From Lingula anatina (lineage: Eukaryota > Animalia > Brachiopoda), in the NCBI GenBank assembly GCA_051362555.1, contig CM120642.1, positions 8,556,001-8,620,000 on the forward strand: 64,000 bases of DNA, given 5' to 3'. Positions 27,740 to 39,965 of the stretch are shown piece after piece; the stretch's first letter is position 1; each line of letters begins with the position of its first letter. Both the position numbers and the translations under genes were made by a program. The notes beneath the pieces are model-generated. The model was not told the DNA's origin. It searched no databases and was given only the letters and a program-made list of their open reading frames with translations.

Positions 27740-29590
27740 CAGTAGCAAGACAGACAATAAACAGTCTACTTCACAGATATAAGTTCTTAGAATAAGCCGA
27801 TGGTATCTAAGTTATAGTCTTCTCTTTCATCATTTTTTCCACAGAAATCCATTTCATTCTGCCTTCACCGGTTCAGAAACATTTCAATTCACTTTCCTGT
27901 TCATTTTCAATTTTTTTTCTTAGGTGCAGGTGGCTAAATAAGATAGACATGCCAGTTAATTAAGAAGTTCACCTATACAGAGCCTAGTCTCCTCTGATGT
28001 ACTATATCAGAAAAAAAAATAGACGTCAAAGGAGTTTTCCTTAATGCATTTCACCTCCGAGTCAGTTATGCAGTTGAGTTAAATTGTCAATATATGACTT
28101 TGATATACCATCTTTCAGACATTAAAACCACAATTAAAAAGACTGCACATGGAGGCTTATCACAGCTAGAGATCAAAATAATTGTATCAAAATTCCAGAA
28201 GTGATTTGAAAAGCATGTGTGGACACAGTGCTTTGCATTTGTGAATATCAAGAAACTGAAATTGCATAAAAAAAGCATAAGGCAATTATATGGAGTATGT
28301 TGCATCATAAATCACACCCTATGCCCTAAAAGGAACAAAGTGTCAGATATTCAACAAATGTTAAGTAAATAAACCACTTCTTGTTAAACTATGGACAAGA
28401 AATATTTTTCATCTTATTTTAACAGGTAAATGCCATGAATTAATGTCACAAAAATAATTAAATCTGTCATCGCCGACAAACCTTGACATGCTTCAACCAT
28501 CTTTGTCTAGCTTTGAATGAAGCGCAACCCATAAGTCAGTACAAGAATTTACCGAAAGGGATGATAGTGCTTAAAAAACACATGTGAAAGCATGTGTTAA
28601 GGACCTTCTACTTTCCCTAAATTGTAACAGAGAGAGCATTCGCAACCACTTGATCTGCAGACTAACTAGTCTATGAATCAAATATGCCACCCACTTGAAA
28701 GCAAGCTGCATAATACCCAAACAATTATGTAATGGATTCCCTGCCTCCCAGCAGGGACAGAACGATTTAATTTCAGCACATGCTTTCAAGTGGGTCACAC
28801 CTTAGGGACCGTTCACATGCAAAATCTATTTTCTAAAAATCTATTTTCTATTCGTGGTATCTTGTGATCACGGCCTGTGCCCTGAATACCCCGCTGCGTA
28901 ATTACTGGCAGCGTGAGCCAGTTACTTCCAAAGCTGTAATTAATTCTCCACTGCGCTCGGAGTGATCACAAGATACCGCAAATAGAAAATAGATTTTTCA
29001 TGTGAACGGAGTCTTATTTGATCCACAGACTAGTCAGTCTGCAGATCAGCTGGTTGTGAATGCTCTCAGAGTTTTTGGAGAGTGTCAGAAAAGGAGGTTG
29101 CTTTCTCAGAGAAAATATAACCTTTATTCCAGGAAAATATGCAGGAAAACTTTACTAAGTGACTGATAATTCATTAAAAGTGACTGATAATTTCTTAATC
29201 TTTTCTCCAAAAAATGGCACTCTTAAATGTTTTATTTTTACCTCCAATTTCAGGTTGGAGACAAAGACCGGCTATTGCCAGATCAAGCCCCAGTTTCCAG
29301 GAACGTGTCCTGTAAAACGGACAGCAGACTCTGATCACTCGGAAGACACATGAGACAGAGAACACGTGAAACTGATATGACCAATAGGCCGAGATACGTC
29401 TCCCCTGCATTATGCTTGGACGTCATTCCCACCTTCACATAGATTATACACCAAACTAAGTGATCTCATAACTGCTAAAGATTCAATATCAGCGGGACTT
29501 ATTAACAAGCGCTGTGTTGATGTTTGCTAATATCCACACACGAAGAGATAATCAGTCTTGGGACAATGCAATAATAGTTGCTCCTCTTAA
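27740..29590. repeat. Copy 2 of the dispersed duplication of window positions 1..1706
   Basis: Colinear match to 1..1706 with an extra 209-bp insertion. The true left boundary cannot be set because copy 1 is cut by the window edge. Confidence 0.95.
28805..29013. mobile_element. PIF/Harbinger-type (Tourist-like) MITE, 209 bp
   Basis: TIRs GGGACCGTTCACATG..AAAATCTATTTTCTA / TAGAAAATAGATTTTTCATGTGAACGGAGTC, with TTA on both sides (28802-4, 29014-6). Absent from the paralogous site in copy 1 (~1100-1115). Confidence 0.85.
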
Positions 29591-31168
29591 GCAAGTATAT
29601 AAGTTAAGCACCAGCACTGGGGAAAACATCTTCACACTTATAGGTGTATATTTGTGAAGTGTCCCACAACATATAGTATTTATTTTTAATAGTATTCAAT
29701 AAATAAATAATAAAATATACTCGTAACATTTTACCATTTCTGAAACAGCACTAGAGACTGAGTTAAAACCTCTACATCTATTTTTGCTTGAAGGTTAGAG
29801 ATAGGAAAAACACAAACTAAAACATTATTTCATACAAAGCCCCATGTAACTACATTCGCAAATATATGTACTGGAACCTGAAGGTAAAAAAAAACTACAA
29901 ATACTGACCCAAAAACGTCGTTAGCTAACAGAAAACTTAGCGAGGCATAACCGCACACAAGTTACAATAAAAACAAATATAAAAACGGCATAACAGCCTT
30001 TTTACTAGGTCAAATCTGTTACTTTTGCCATAAAAGCTCTTGGAAAAAGTTAACCCCAGGTATTGTATCAAACATTTTACAATCCTAGGTCAAGTAGACT
30101 TTCTGCATTTTTCTTTACCTCTAAATGTAAACGCGGGACAAATATACCTTCAGATTATCTCCAAAATCCTTAATCCAGAAGTACAGATGCATATCTGATA
30201 GGCCTATATACTTTAGAAAAGAAAAAAAAGGCACGTGTGCTACACGTAGAAGGCAAACCACAGAGCAGTTACTGACAGTAGTGGAGGCGTTATAAATGTT
30301 TACGGGCAAATAAAGGCTTGGGTGAATACAATATACGAGATAAGACTTGAGCCACGAATATCATTAGGCCCTATGTGTCACTTTGTGGTAGATCATACTA
30401 GGCAGGACGAACTAAGTGGCGCGTAACTAAGGTCAGAGGCGGACTTGTACATAGCATAATTATTCACTTAGTGGTAAGAAAATATGAAAGTTAAGCTTTT
30501 TTCTGGACATTTTCAAATGGTAAAACATGCAACTTAAATCCAAAACTACGGGCAAAAATATTGCCCGGTGTACTGTATCTTACGGCCTTTAGCTTACAAT
30601 AACTATGGTGATAAAATAAGTTAGTGCAAAGCCATATAAAAGCAACAAAAGTGAAAATCGCACCAGTCAGATATACATGTGATTTAAAGGTGCTATTTAC
30701 CATTACAACCTGACAGAAAGCTTTTTCATGCTTATTAATTGTCTAATAGAATATAAAGAAACCACATTTTTCAAGTACATGTGGACGGGACGTACTAATA
30801 CAAATATAATCTATATATCTTTATATATATATATTGTAAAACATTATATATTATTAAGCTGCTAACACAATAATCGCACAATCATTTGATAAAAAGCTAA
30901 TTCGGTCTTCACCACACATCCATAAGGAATTCAAACGCAAGACGAAAACTTCATCTATATCTGTATAATCAATGCAACAGACCAGGTCGATTCAATCCTC
31001 TCCAATATTCTTTAAATGAGACTGTCACATATGTCCAAAGCATGAATATCGCTTTTCCTGTTTACTGTGTTGATTTTGTTACTCGAAAAATTGTACGAAC
31101 CAATCGGATGATGTAAACTCTGCCTAACTAGAGAACTGATTGAGATTCCTGGACTTCAGATGCGTCTT

Positions 31169-31269
31169 TACCCTCTACCAGGGCGACATTGTCAACAGAC
31201 CAAAATGACAGTCTATTTATCTAGAGACATATCTGTGGAAAATCAATCTGTTTCCCCTGGTAGAGGGTA
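31169..31269. mobile_element. 101-bp MITE with a 9-bp target-site duplication (Mutator-like TSD length)
   Basis: Perfect 15-bp TIRs TACCCTCTACCAGGG / CCCTGGTAGAGGGTA flanked by ATGCGTCTT at 31160-68 and 31270-78. Confidence 0.8.
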
Positions 31270-31479
31270 ATGCGTCTTCGTGATAATGACGACAATGATA
31301 ACTAATTGTGGATCCAAGTTTTTGTTATAGAGGAGTTGGGAGATATATTGTTTGACTCTATTAACTGAGCAAATATACAAGTTTCTTTTTTCTTTTCTTT
31401 TTTTCGGAAAGGGGGAGGAGCAAGTAGTAGTCTATGCGCTTCGATCGCTTGGATCCACCATTAAATGACAATGACTTTT

Positions 31480-34400
31480 TCATACTGGACTTTTTACACT
31501 ATCATCACCGACTGGGCGGTAGTTGTCTTCCTTTGACAGCCCTTTGCCTGTTAGAATTTCTCCCAGCGTCGGTCTTTTCCGGCGAACTACCCGAACCAGG
31601 AGATCTACTTCACTATTATCCATGGTTGGTGACTGGGGTTCTTCTGCTTCATTTCTAAGTTCTATTTCATCCATGGCATCATTCTCTCCTTTCCCGCCGA
31701 TTTTATCGTCACTTATATCGCTCATTTCTTCCTGAACCGGAACCAGCTCAATGTCAGCTATTGGCCAGTGTTGACGGAAATTCACGATGGTTTCATCAAA
31801 CTTCGCTTGCCAGCTCACTGAGCTTTTGTACCCGGTTGCTGCCCCACCTGGTGATAAAAAGTTTCGTAGCATAAATGGGATGAAACCCCCAGCAAGGGTG
31901 GCGAACATTTGGTTTGTAGTCGAAATTTTATAAATGTTCCCGAAGGTGGCCACTACGATGAAAACAAAAAGAAGGAAAATTAAGATGCAGACGAATTTCG
32001 CCGTGGCGCGAAGTAAATTTTTGTAGACAGGGCCGGGGGATCCAGCTACCTCAATCTGACACATTTTTTCGAATAACTTTCTTGGAATTCGCGGCGTATC
32101 ATTTCTATCGACGAACAATACAAGGTTGCTTATCTCATAATCTGTCTTATGTTTAGGCGAGAAATCTGCCTCAATTCCTTCTTGATCGTAGTCTGTCTCG
32201 ATCTTCAGTTTGAACGCCTCATTTTGTTGCAGATGACTCGGAAGCCGTGTTACTTCTTTAACTTCGGGTATCCGGCCGTTGACATCTGATATGATTTTTT
32301 TACTTAAATCAAGGTAAGTTTTATAAACTCCGTTGTAGCAATCATAGCTGTAGAGAGCAACGAGAAAAAGAAGGGATATGTACTTAAGCGTGATGCCAGC
32401 GTTGACGATGATCCCCATTAGGGTAAAAACTATGACTTCAACGATAAGCTCAGCGACCTCAGCCAGCAACAACATACATGTGTAGAGGAAGGCAAGGCAC
32501 AGAATCACGACAAAAATCTCCTTGATGTAATCCAAACATCTATGCTTCAAAGAATGCCTCGCATTCAACTCGCCCCAGTCCTTCTTCGGGTTGTTTTCGT
32601 CGTCTGCTAGATTTTGATCCAGCTGGTCGCTCTCTTTCTTCTTCTTATCAGTGACGTCCATAAGACACTTCACCTCCTTGAATCCATCTTTAAAATCTCT
32701 TTTCACTCCCTTAACTGATGGCCCTCTCTTGATTTTCTGCCTCTTCGGTTTGATATGCATATGGACGTTGAACATCATTCTAAATGTAAGATACACGGTT
32801 GGCAATGAGTAGATGACAGCTGCTAATAATACAAAAGGCATTACTAACGGCCAATAGACAATGCCTACGATCAAACCAAAGCAACCGCACATTTTCAATG
32901 GGAGCAGAAACACCCCGACCACCATGCCGATGATATTGAAGTAAGAAATGCTGTTCAGGTCCCTGAAGGAATTCTTCATGACCATCTGGACTTTTCCGGT
33001 TCCGATGACATTCGCGTAGGCCAGACAGAAAACGAGGCAGGTGACAAAATATAACACGTAGCAGGCGATGAAAACGGGATGGATTGGCGTGAGAAACTGC
33101 AACAAATTGTTGCTGTATCTCTCGTTCAAACCTAAAGCTTCAATGGTGTTCTTTCGGCTCATTATTTCTTTGTCTTCGTATCCAAAATACAGCAGCAGCC
33201 TGATGTAAAACGGGAAGGGTAGAAACAGGATGAACAAAATCACAAGAACTCCTTTCCAAAAATGAATCCATTTAACGGGGAATTCCCGACGGCAGCATCC
33301 AAGCAGGCTAGCTTTGCAGCATGCCACGCAAGGTCCAATCTTTCTAATCTGGCACTCGCAGAACATCCGGTAGATCAGATTCATTACACCGACCGGTACA
33401 CTATTTTCATCCAACAGCTCTTTATAATCGACAGATAAATGGAATTTCGGAAGCATTCTCTCAACTATCGTGTTCTTTGGAAGCTCTTTGACTTGATTTT
33501 TAAATGTCTTGAAATTGGCGATGTCCACGGTGGTGAGCGTATGTTTGGGGTTAATCACATTTGGTACCTTGTCCTCTGTGACGTAAACTCGCTTTTTAAG
33601 TCCACCGTCATGCATGTTAAGAACGTACATGCCCTTGTCAGCTTTGAATGAGTACGCCCAGGCTGGCACTAACAAAGGACCGAATAAAATCACACCATAC
33701 ATACAGAGTGATATAAGAACATTTAAAACAGTTAGCCAGTAAGAGCCCTCCTTCTCCTCACAATGACCCTCTGTGTTGCAGCACCGCCATGAAAAGTCCC
33801 CATATCCGTTACGTTGGCGTACAACCTGATGACAGACGTACTCACCAGCAGACACAGAGGCGCTGGTCTTATTGGGATCAAATTCTTTCAGCACCAAGTC
33901 CTGCATCATCTCTATTTTACAATGTTCGGGCATATTGACAAGGCAACCGGGGTTGCTTTCTTTTAAGAAGATGTCCGTTTTGTCCGTACGAAACCTTAGC
34001 ATCATCAGGGAAAGGATTTCGTAGTTGAACTCCAGGGCCATCAGAGTAAAACCGTGGTTTGTGCCAGTCCTTACCCAATGTCCAGGTTTATAGTTGTTAG
34101 AAAAATTCCCGGGGCGTAATGGATTGTCGCGTTCACCGTACCCTCTGAGTTTTAAGTTGAATTCCATCAACAGTACCTTGTCTGTTTTCATCTCCTGGAT
34201 CCTTGCTGCCGCGCTGTCGTCCACAGGGAGCAAGTAACACATCGAAGGACATTGCTGAGTGCCGGCGTTATCTGAACTGTTTGGTCTTTGGGTAGTTGTT
34301 GTCGAGGAACTTAAGATAGCGTAACCGGGACTTGCTTCGCTGGAGTTAGATTTCGGCGAGACTACCGCCCCAAGAGTCGTATTTTGAGCGTGTACGACAA

Positions 34401-34482
34401 GCCCGTTCAGCGAAACAGACAGGATACTGAATCGCAGTAAAATTGATGCAAACTTCACCGCCAGAGTACGGAAGCTAGCCAT
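31480..34482 (-). CDS. Uncharacterised 1000-aa multipass membrane protein, intronless CDS
   Basis: 3-kb uninterrupted ORF with AAAATGG start context. Signal peptide, Ser/Thr-rich glycosylated stretch, ectodomain with 8 Cys, roughly 9-11 hydrophobic segments, acidic C-tail ending KSPV. No family recognised. Confidence 0.9.
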   Translation of the reverse strand: MASFRTLAVKFASILLRFSILSVSLNGLVVHAQNTTLGAVVSPKSNSSEASPGYAILSSSTTTTQRPNSSDNAGTQQCPSMCYLLPVDDSAAARIQEMKTDKVLLMEFNLKLRGYGERDNPLRPGNFSNNYKPGHWVRTGTNHGFTLMALEFNYEILSLMMLRFRTDKTDIFLKESNPGCLVNMPEHCKIEMMQDLVLKEFDPNKTSASVSAGEYVCHQVVRQRNGYGDFSWRCCNTEGHCEEKEGSYWLTVLNVLISLCMYGVILFGPLLVPAWAYSFKADKGMYVLNMHDGGLKKRVYVTEDKVPNVINPKHTLTTVDIANFKTFKNQVKELPKNTIVERMLPKFHLSVDYKELLDENSVPVGVMNLIYRMFCECQIRKIGPCVACCKASLLGCCRREFPVKWIHFWKGVLVILFILFLPFPFYIRLLLYFGYEDKEIMSRKNTIEALGLNERYSNNLLQFLTPIHPVFIACYVLYFVTCLVFCLAYANVIGTGKVQMVMKNSFRDLNSISYFNIIGMVVGVFLLPLKMCGCFGLIVGIVYWPLVMPFVLLAAVIYSLPTVYLTFRMMFNVHMHIKPKRQKIKRGPSVKGVKRDFKDGFKEVKCLMDVTDKKKKESDQLDQNLADDENNPKKDWGELNARHSLKHRCLDYIKEIFVVILCLAFLYTCMLLLAEVAELIVEVIVFTLMGIIVNAGITLKYISLLFLVALYSYDCYNGVYKTYLDLSKKIISDVNGRIPEVKEVTRLPSHLQQNEAFKLKIETDYDQEGIEADFSPKHKTDYEISNLVLFVDRNDTPRIPRKLFEKMCQIEVAGSPGPVYKNLLRATAKFVCILIFLLFVFIVVATFGNIYKISTTNQMFATLAGGFIPFMLRNFLSPGGAATGYKSSVSWQAKFDETIVNFRQHWPIADIELVPVQEEMSDISDDKIGGKGENDAMDEIELRNEAEEPQSPTMDNSEVDLLVRVVRRKRPTLGEILTGKGLSKEDNYRPVGDDSVKSPV

Positions 34483-37400
34483 TTTGTTCCTAAAGTAGCA
34501 AAGCTACTGTGCACCTTGTTCTGTTGGTTTATAGGACGCGCTTTAACATCAGCGGTTATGTTACACACCTGTTTTGGTGACCTCAACTGACGCTGCCCCA
34601 GGTTGAAAAAATGTGAGACACTCAACCACACAAAGATGAAACGCTGCCCTGTCGCCGAGCCAAATTTCCGCGTAACCACCAAGGAAGACTAACATCTGTG
34701 ACCTTTTTATTGGCGACACACATTTGGTTTTGGAGAGTCATCTTAACCAAACCATATGAGGTCCATCAGTCACTTGCACCTTTGGTCACAAACAAATTAA
34801 TAGTTTTTGCAGGTTGTATATGTCATCTTAAGAGTGTTGGTTTATTATGTATTTTTAAATGCGTATGTATTTTATCGTTTCCACCCTCTGGCGCACGATT
34901 ATTGTGTATTATTAGGGCGCCTTTATATTACTACTACCTTTCGACATATTCATGAATTATAACGTAGTAAGACAGGTAAAGAAGGGGCGGAGTCGGCAAA
35001 TGTCATTATTGCAAGATATATCTTATTTTTACATTGACTGTAGAAAGTAAGTCGTTTTAACGTCGTCGTTATTAGTGTGGTAATGAGTTAAATACGGGAC
35101 TCATAGTAATATAAAGGGCAGGCTATTTTAGCTGCTAAATAGTTGTACATTTTCGACCCCCCTCCCCCAGTCAAACTCACTCGTGATTTTGTACACCCCG
35201 TGTACTGAAACCTTAATCCATGCACTAATGTTATCTGATATACCGTGCTTTGCAACGTAAGACCCCGTAACAATGTGGATATTCTGCCCTAACAACATAT
35301 TTGATCAGTTCTTTCATTCAGTGTTATAAAAATAGTTGATTTGCTCCAGATATGTTACCTGCATAATATGAAAATGCCCTTTTTTATGTGGTGAACCTAA
35401 AATACCTTTGAATATATAGTGGAGCCTAAAACGTTATTATTAATGTATGTGAAATTCAAACTTGGTGACACTGGATAGATTTAAATGTAGCTAGGCGCTT
35501 CAGGTTACAAAATTAATTATATACTTAGCTGTTTTAGTCGATACTGTTAACGTGTCTTTCCGTGGGCTACTTGTCGTTTGTAAACAGAAGACGCCAAAAT
35601 CAGACTAGACACTTTAAATTGAAGTTTTCTCGGGGCTTCTTAGGTTAGATTAACAAGTGTCACCAACGGTGAACGTATTTTGATTTACCGAATAAATGCA
35701 GCTACTCCAGCTACTGTTGATGTACTAAATGTCCTATTGTGAATTTGCCGCTTATGCTTATGATCGTAAAGTATATATATATATATATATATATAAAACA
35801 GATACGCTGAATTTATCATGCGCCTACTTGATAATAGGTCTCTATAATATGGCGTGTCACACAAGATGTAGTGATTTCCAACCTTGATTGAAAAATAGGT
35901 CGGTAGAATAGACTTTCTTATCGGATTTTAAGGTCCCTTTGGTGTGAGTAAATAATCTCGGCAAATCGAGATTTTCTTTACTAGGTCAACTCTATTATCA
36001 CTAAGGTAAATTTTCCTTATGTTTTTGAGCCTTTGAAATAAATGTCAATAGAATTTGTCTCGGATTTTGTTTGCAATTTTCAGATAAGTATTAAAAGCCG
36101 CTGCTTTCCACGCACTGAGTTTTCAAAATGTACATAAACGTTTGCTTTTTCAAAAGGGTCAGACCCTCTTTTCAAGTAAGGAGAGGACACAGACAACTTA
36201 TTTGTGTAAGATTAACTCCATCTATCCTTATACATACAAACTAGCTTACAAAAACGTGCACCGATTCCAGACATTAAGAACCATACTACTGTGTATAGAT
36301 ACGGTGAAACAAGTGGCTTTCATTTGATAAATTAGGCCCGTATTCGACCATAATAAGCAAGCTGCTACTTAGTTTCATTATAATTCAATCTATTAACAAC
36401 CTACAAACAACGCAGGGCTTAAAAGTGGCACGTTACGGGAACATTTATATAGCAGTCTGACATTCGTATAATGTGCTGGCGATGAAAGAAATTATCAAAA
36501 CATTTAGATGTGCACTAAATGTTTCTTTTGACAATAGTTCTAATATTAGCCGCGATTTTTTTATGGTTAAAGGAAAATGGACTTTAAGCACAATATCGCT
36601 CTCTTTCAACCATGAAATCAGAGGCAATATCTAGGTAGTCGTATGCAAATGGTTAACCCTATCCCCACTAAAAATCTGACAGGCATTTTAGATGTCTTGG
36701 ATTCTATTCACGATAATAAACAGTGGGAAAACGCATGTATGTCAAGCAAAATGCTTATGTTGGATGTGAACTTGATTTGTTCAGTTTTCTTAAGAAAAAA
36801 TCTCAGCTTTAGTTTCAGAAAGTAGGAGCTAAATTAAAAAAAAATTTTGGTTAAATATGTTTGAACGCAACTATGGAATCTGAAAATCAAGGTGTTGTCT
36901 GTTTGTTAAAGTTGGGATGTAATAGTCAGAATGCTTAGGGCCAATTGCGAATTCTTTGTCCCTTTCTTCCCAGTCGGGACCCATTAATGAAGCAATTTTG
37001 GACATTCCGAAATCCAGTGGCTATGCAGATATGTCTCGCTTGAAAGTACATTGCAATTCTGTCCAACCGCAAATGCATTCAAATATCGATCAAAGACCAG
37101 TCTTAAATATTTTAATTTTTGTTATTTGCATTTTCAACTTAAATGAAAATTATATGGTCTACATATAAAAGTCCCGCTAAAATGTAATATTGTAGGTGTG
37201 TTTCAAATTTATAAATAAATTACCATCATTTCATTTGTTCTTTTTATGTAGTCCATGTTTTTAAGCCTAGGCACTCAAGGAGGGTATTTTAACACAACAG
37301 TATGGAATAACGAATAACAACGTTTATTACAACTGCACTTATTCAATTGCGTTTGTTGCGCAATAGCATGATCGCAACCGTCACAGGCCAAGTCAATCAC

Positions 37401-38007
37401 GAGAGATTAAGTATTGTAGCAACTACTGCTTGAAACAACAACAAACAAAGATATAAGTGTGTTTTCATCTTTAAAAACTACCTAAGGTTTAAGATGTCTT
37501 TTGAGGAAGAAAATCCGGAGAATTTTTTTCTGAAAATATGCTATACAAAAACGTTAGATTGTTATGATATCTATACCATAGCGAGGTGGTAGTCGCTGCC
37601 TTGTGCAAAGCCATCCTAATATTTCTGCACATTTTTATTTTCTGTGTAAAATACACTTGAAATTCTAATTTTAGACGCAGTGCATTATCAACGTAGTGTT
37701 TTTAATGAAAAGTGTTTCATGCTGGAAAGTGGCCTTTCCCCTTTCTCCCTACACAACTTCTTATCCTCTCATTAAAAGTGACCTGATATTGAGAAAATAA
37801 ACGGAAATTGATTTATAATATAACTGTATACCCCATAATTCATATACTCTATACATGCCGAAGGTCTTACATTAAGCAAGTGATTCAGGAAAATGTATTT
37901 GTCTGTGATTAATTCTTATGCCAAACGGCTTTTGCATAGGTACAATGTACCAATACAACTACATTAGAGAGTACATAGATCTAAATAAATCATTAGAGAT
38001 TTTCGAT

Positions 38008-39934
38008 TCACTTGTTTCGATGTCTACCCGAGCAACACCCGGCTGCAGTCTCGCTGCTTTTGAAGCAACACTGCCAGAACTTCCCAGCTTTCGATCCAGG
38101 CAAAGATTTGAATGCCTTTAAATGAAAACTACAGGCAGCATCATGGTTGTCCTCATCCGAATATTCACTATTGCATACCATACACACATTAAGTCCATCT
38201 GAGGTACCGGTAGGTATTCTATGATGAACTGGTCGGGGGGATACGGAATGTTTGTCTTTTGGTGTCGGTGACACCGACGTGGTGTCCCGCATTGTTACGT
38301 TGCGCACGTGCGGCACGCCCAAGTGCAAAATTCCCGCAGCACTCGAACTGCGCTTTATGGCGGGTAACCGAAAGCGAAGCTCGTGATCATCGTCCTTTCT
38401 GTAATGAATAATGCTTCCATGATCAGAAGACGTCTGCAAAGCTCCAAATTTGGTGTCAAGGACCTTGCGTTTCATGACCACCATGCCGTTTTTAAGTACC
38501 TCTTTATCCAGCATGCTGTTTTCTAATTGGAATTGCAGCTGCATTTTTTCCTCGTTTATTAACGTCATTCTTTCTTGAAGTGTTGCTAGTCTTTGTTCGA
38601 GTTTTGAAATTCTCCGAGAACTGTTTTCAAGGAATGTTCTCAATACCTCCCTTAAGGACCCATCTTCGGAATTTTCGGTATCTTGAAGCATGTCCAAACA
38701 TGCTTGTTCTTCTTCTTTCATGCTGTTCAGATCGTCTTGCACGTATTTAAGAGTGTTTTTTATTGTAATATATTGGGTACAGATAGTCTCAACGTTTTGC
38801 TTTAACACCTCCAATGACGTCACGTCATCAGATGTCTCTAAAGTGTCATTTTTGTTGTTAGCATGTGCCGGCGTGACGGAAACCGCCATTAGCCTGTTCA
38901 TCTCTCTTACACGCGATTGAGTTATCTGTTGTTCGGCTTCTCTCTCAGCGCGTTCGAGTTCGATTCTTTCGTTTAATTGCTTAACGTCTCCCTGAAGACC
39001 CATGACTTCTAATTCCAAGTCATGGATCATTTCGTCTTGGGTTTTTGAGAGAAGGTCCCGTATGGTTTTTTGTTCTCTCTGTAATTGTTCCCTTAATTCC
39101 TCAATGGCTTCATTTTTGCCTTCAACTGTCATCTTTAAAGCGGCTATTTCATTGTCTTTATCTTGCTTTTCACCCTGAGAGCGTTTGATAACGGAGTTGG
39201 CTGCTGCCAGTTTATTTTGCAAGTTCTGGTTCGTGCACTCCAACGTGTGTATCTGAAACGTTAGCTCTATCAGTTTGTCTTCAGCCACCATTTTGGAGTT
39301 TAGTTCCCTAATGAAGTCGTCGCGAAGGACAAGTTTTTCTGTAAAAAGCTGCCGATCTTCTACTCTAATTGGGCGATTGATTACCATATGGCTATTGACG
39401 AAACTTTGGATCTTGTTGGCGGCGGCCGGTGTCGAGTTTTCTGAAATTGAGAGAAAATACAAGTTATTGCCGCTATATTTTGGGCGGGAATAAACATGCA
39501 TATTAGATAAAATCGATGAATTTTTTTATTAACATCTAAGAACAAGTTTTAATTAGATGTGAGTTGCCCATAAGAATTGTCACTGGAGTATATGTTTCTC
39601 ACTGTCAGTGTAACGGAACTGAGAGTCCGTGTAGAAGAAAGCCCACCCTCCATTTAGTTATAATGTTAGGGTTAGCCTGACCTAACCTGGGGCGAGGCCT
39701 ACCTGTACAAACGAATGGGAAGCGGAATCTCTGTCATGGGCGACTCTCTGTCACGTTATACCAGGGCCCCGTAACTCGACATCATCACGCATTGCGACCG
39801 AACGCAAGCGTCTCGATACTCATAACTCGCCCATACTCGCCCCATATAATACATTTTAGCCTCTATGTGATATCGCTATTCGCAATACGCGATGCTTTCG
39901 AGTTACGGGGCCCAGATCCAGTTATGCTGGCAGA

Positions 39935-39965
<31 letters not shown>

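Noticed and set aside
39441-39501. N-terminus of the 497-aa ORF in the track (MHVYSRPK...)
   Set aside because: Intronic read-through upstream of the tttcag acceptor at 39441-42; the real N-terminus comes from the two upstream CARD exons.
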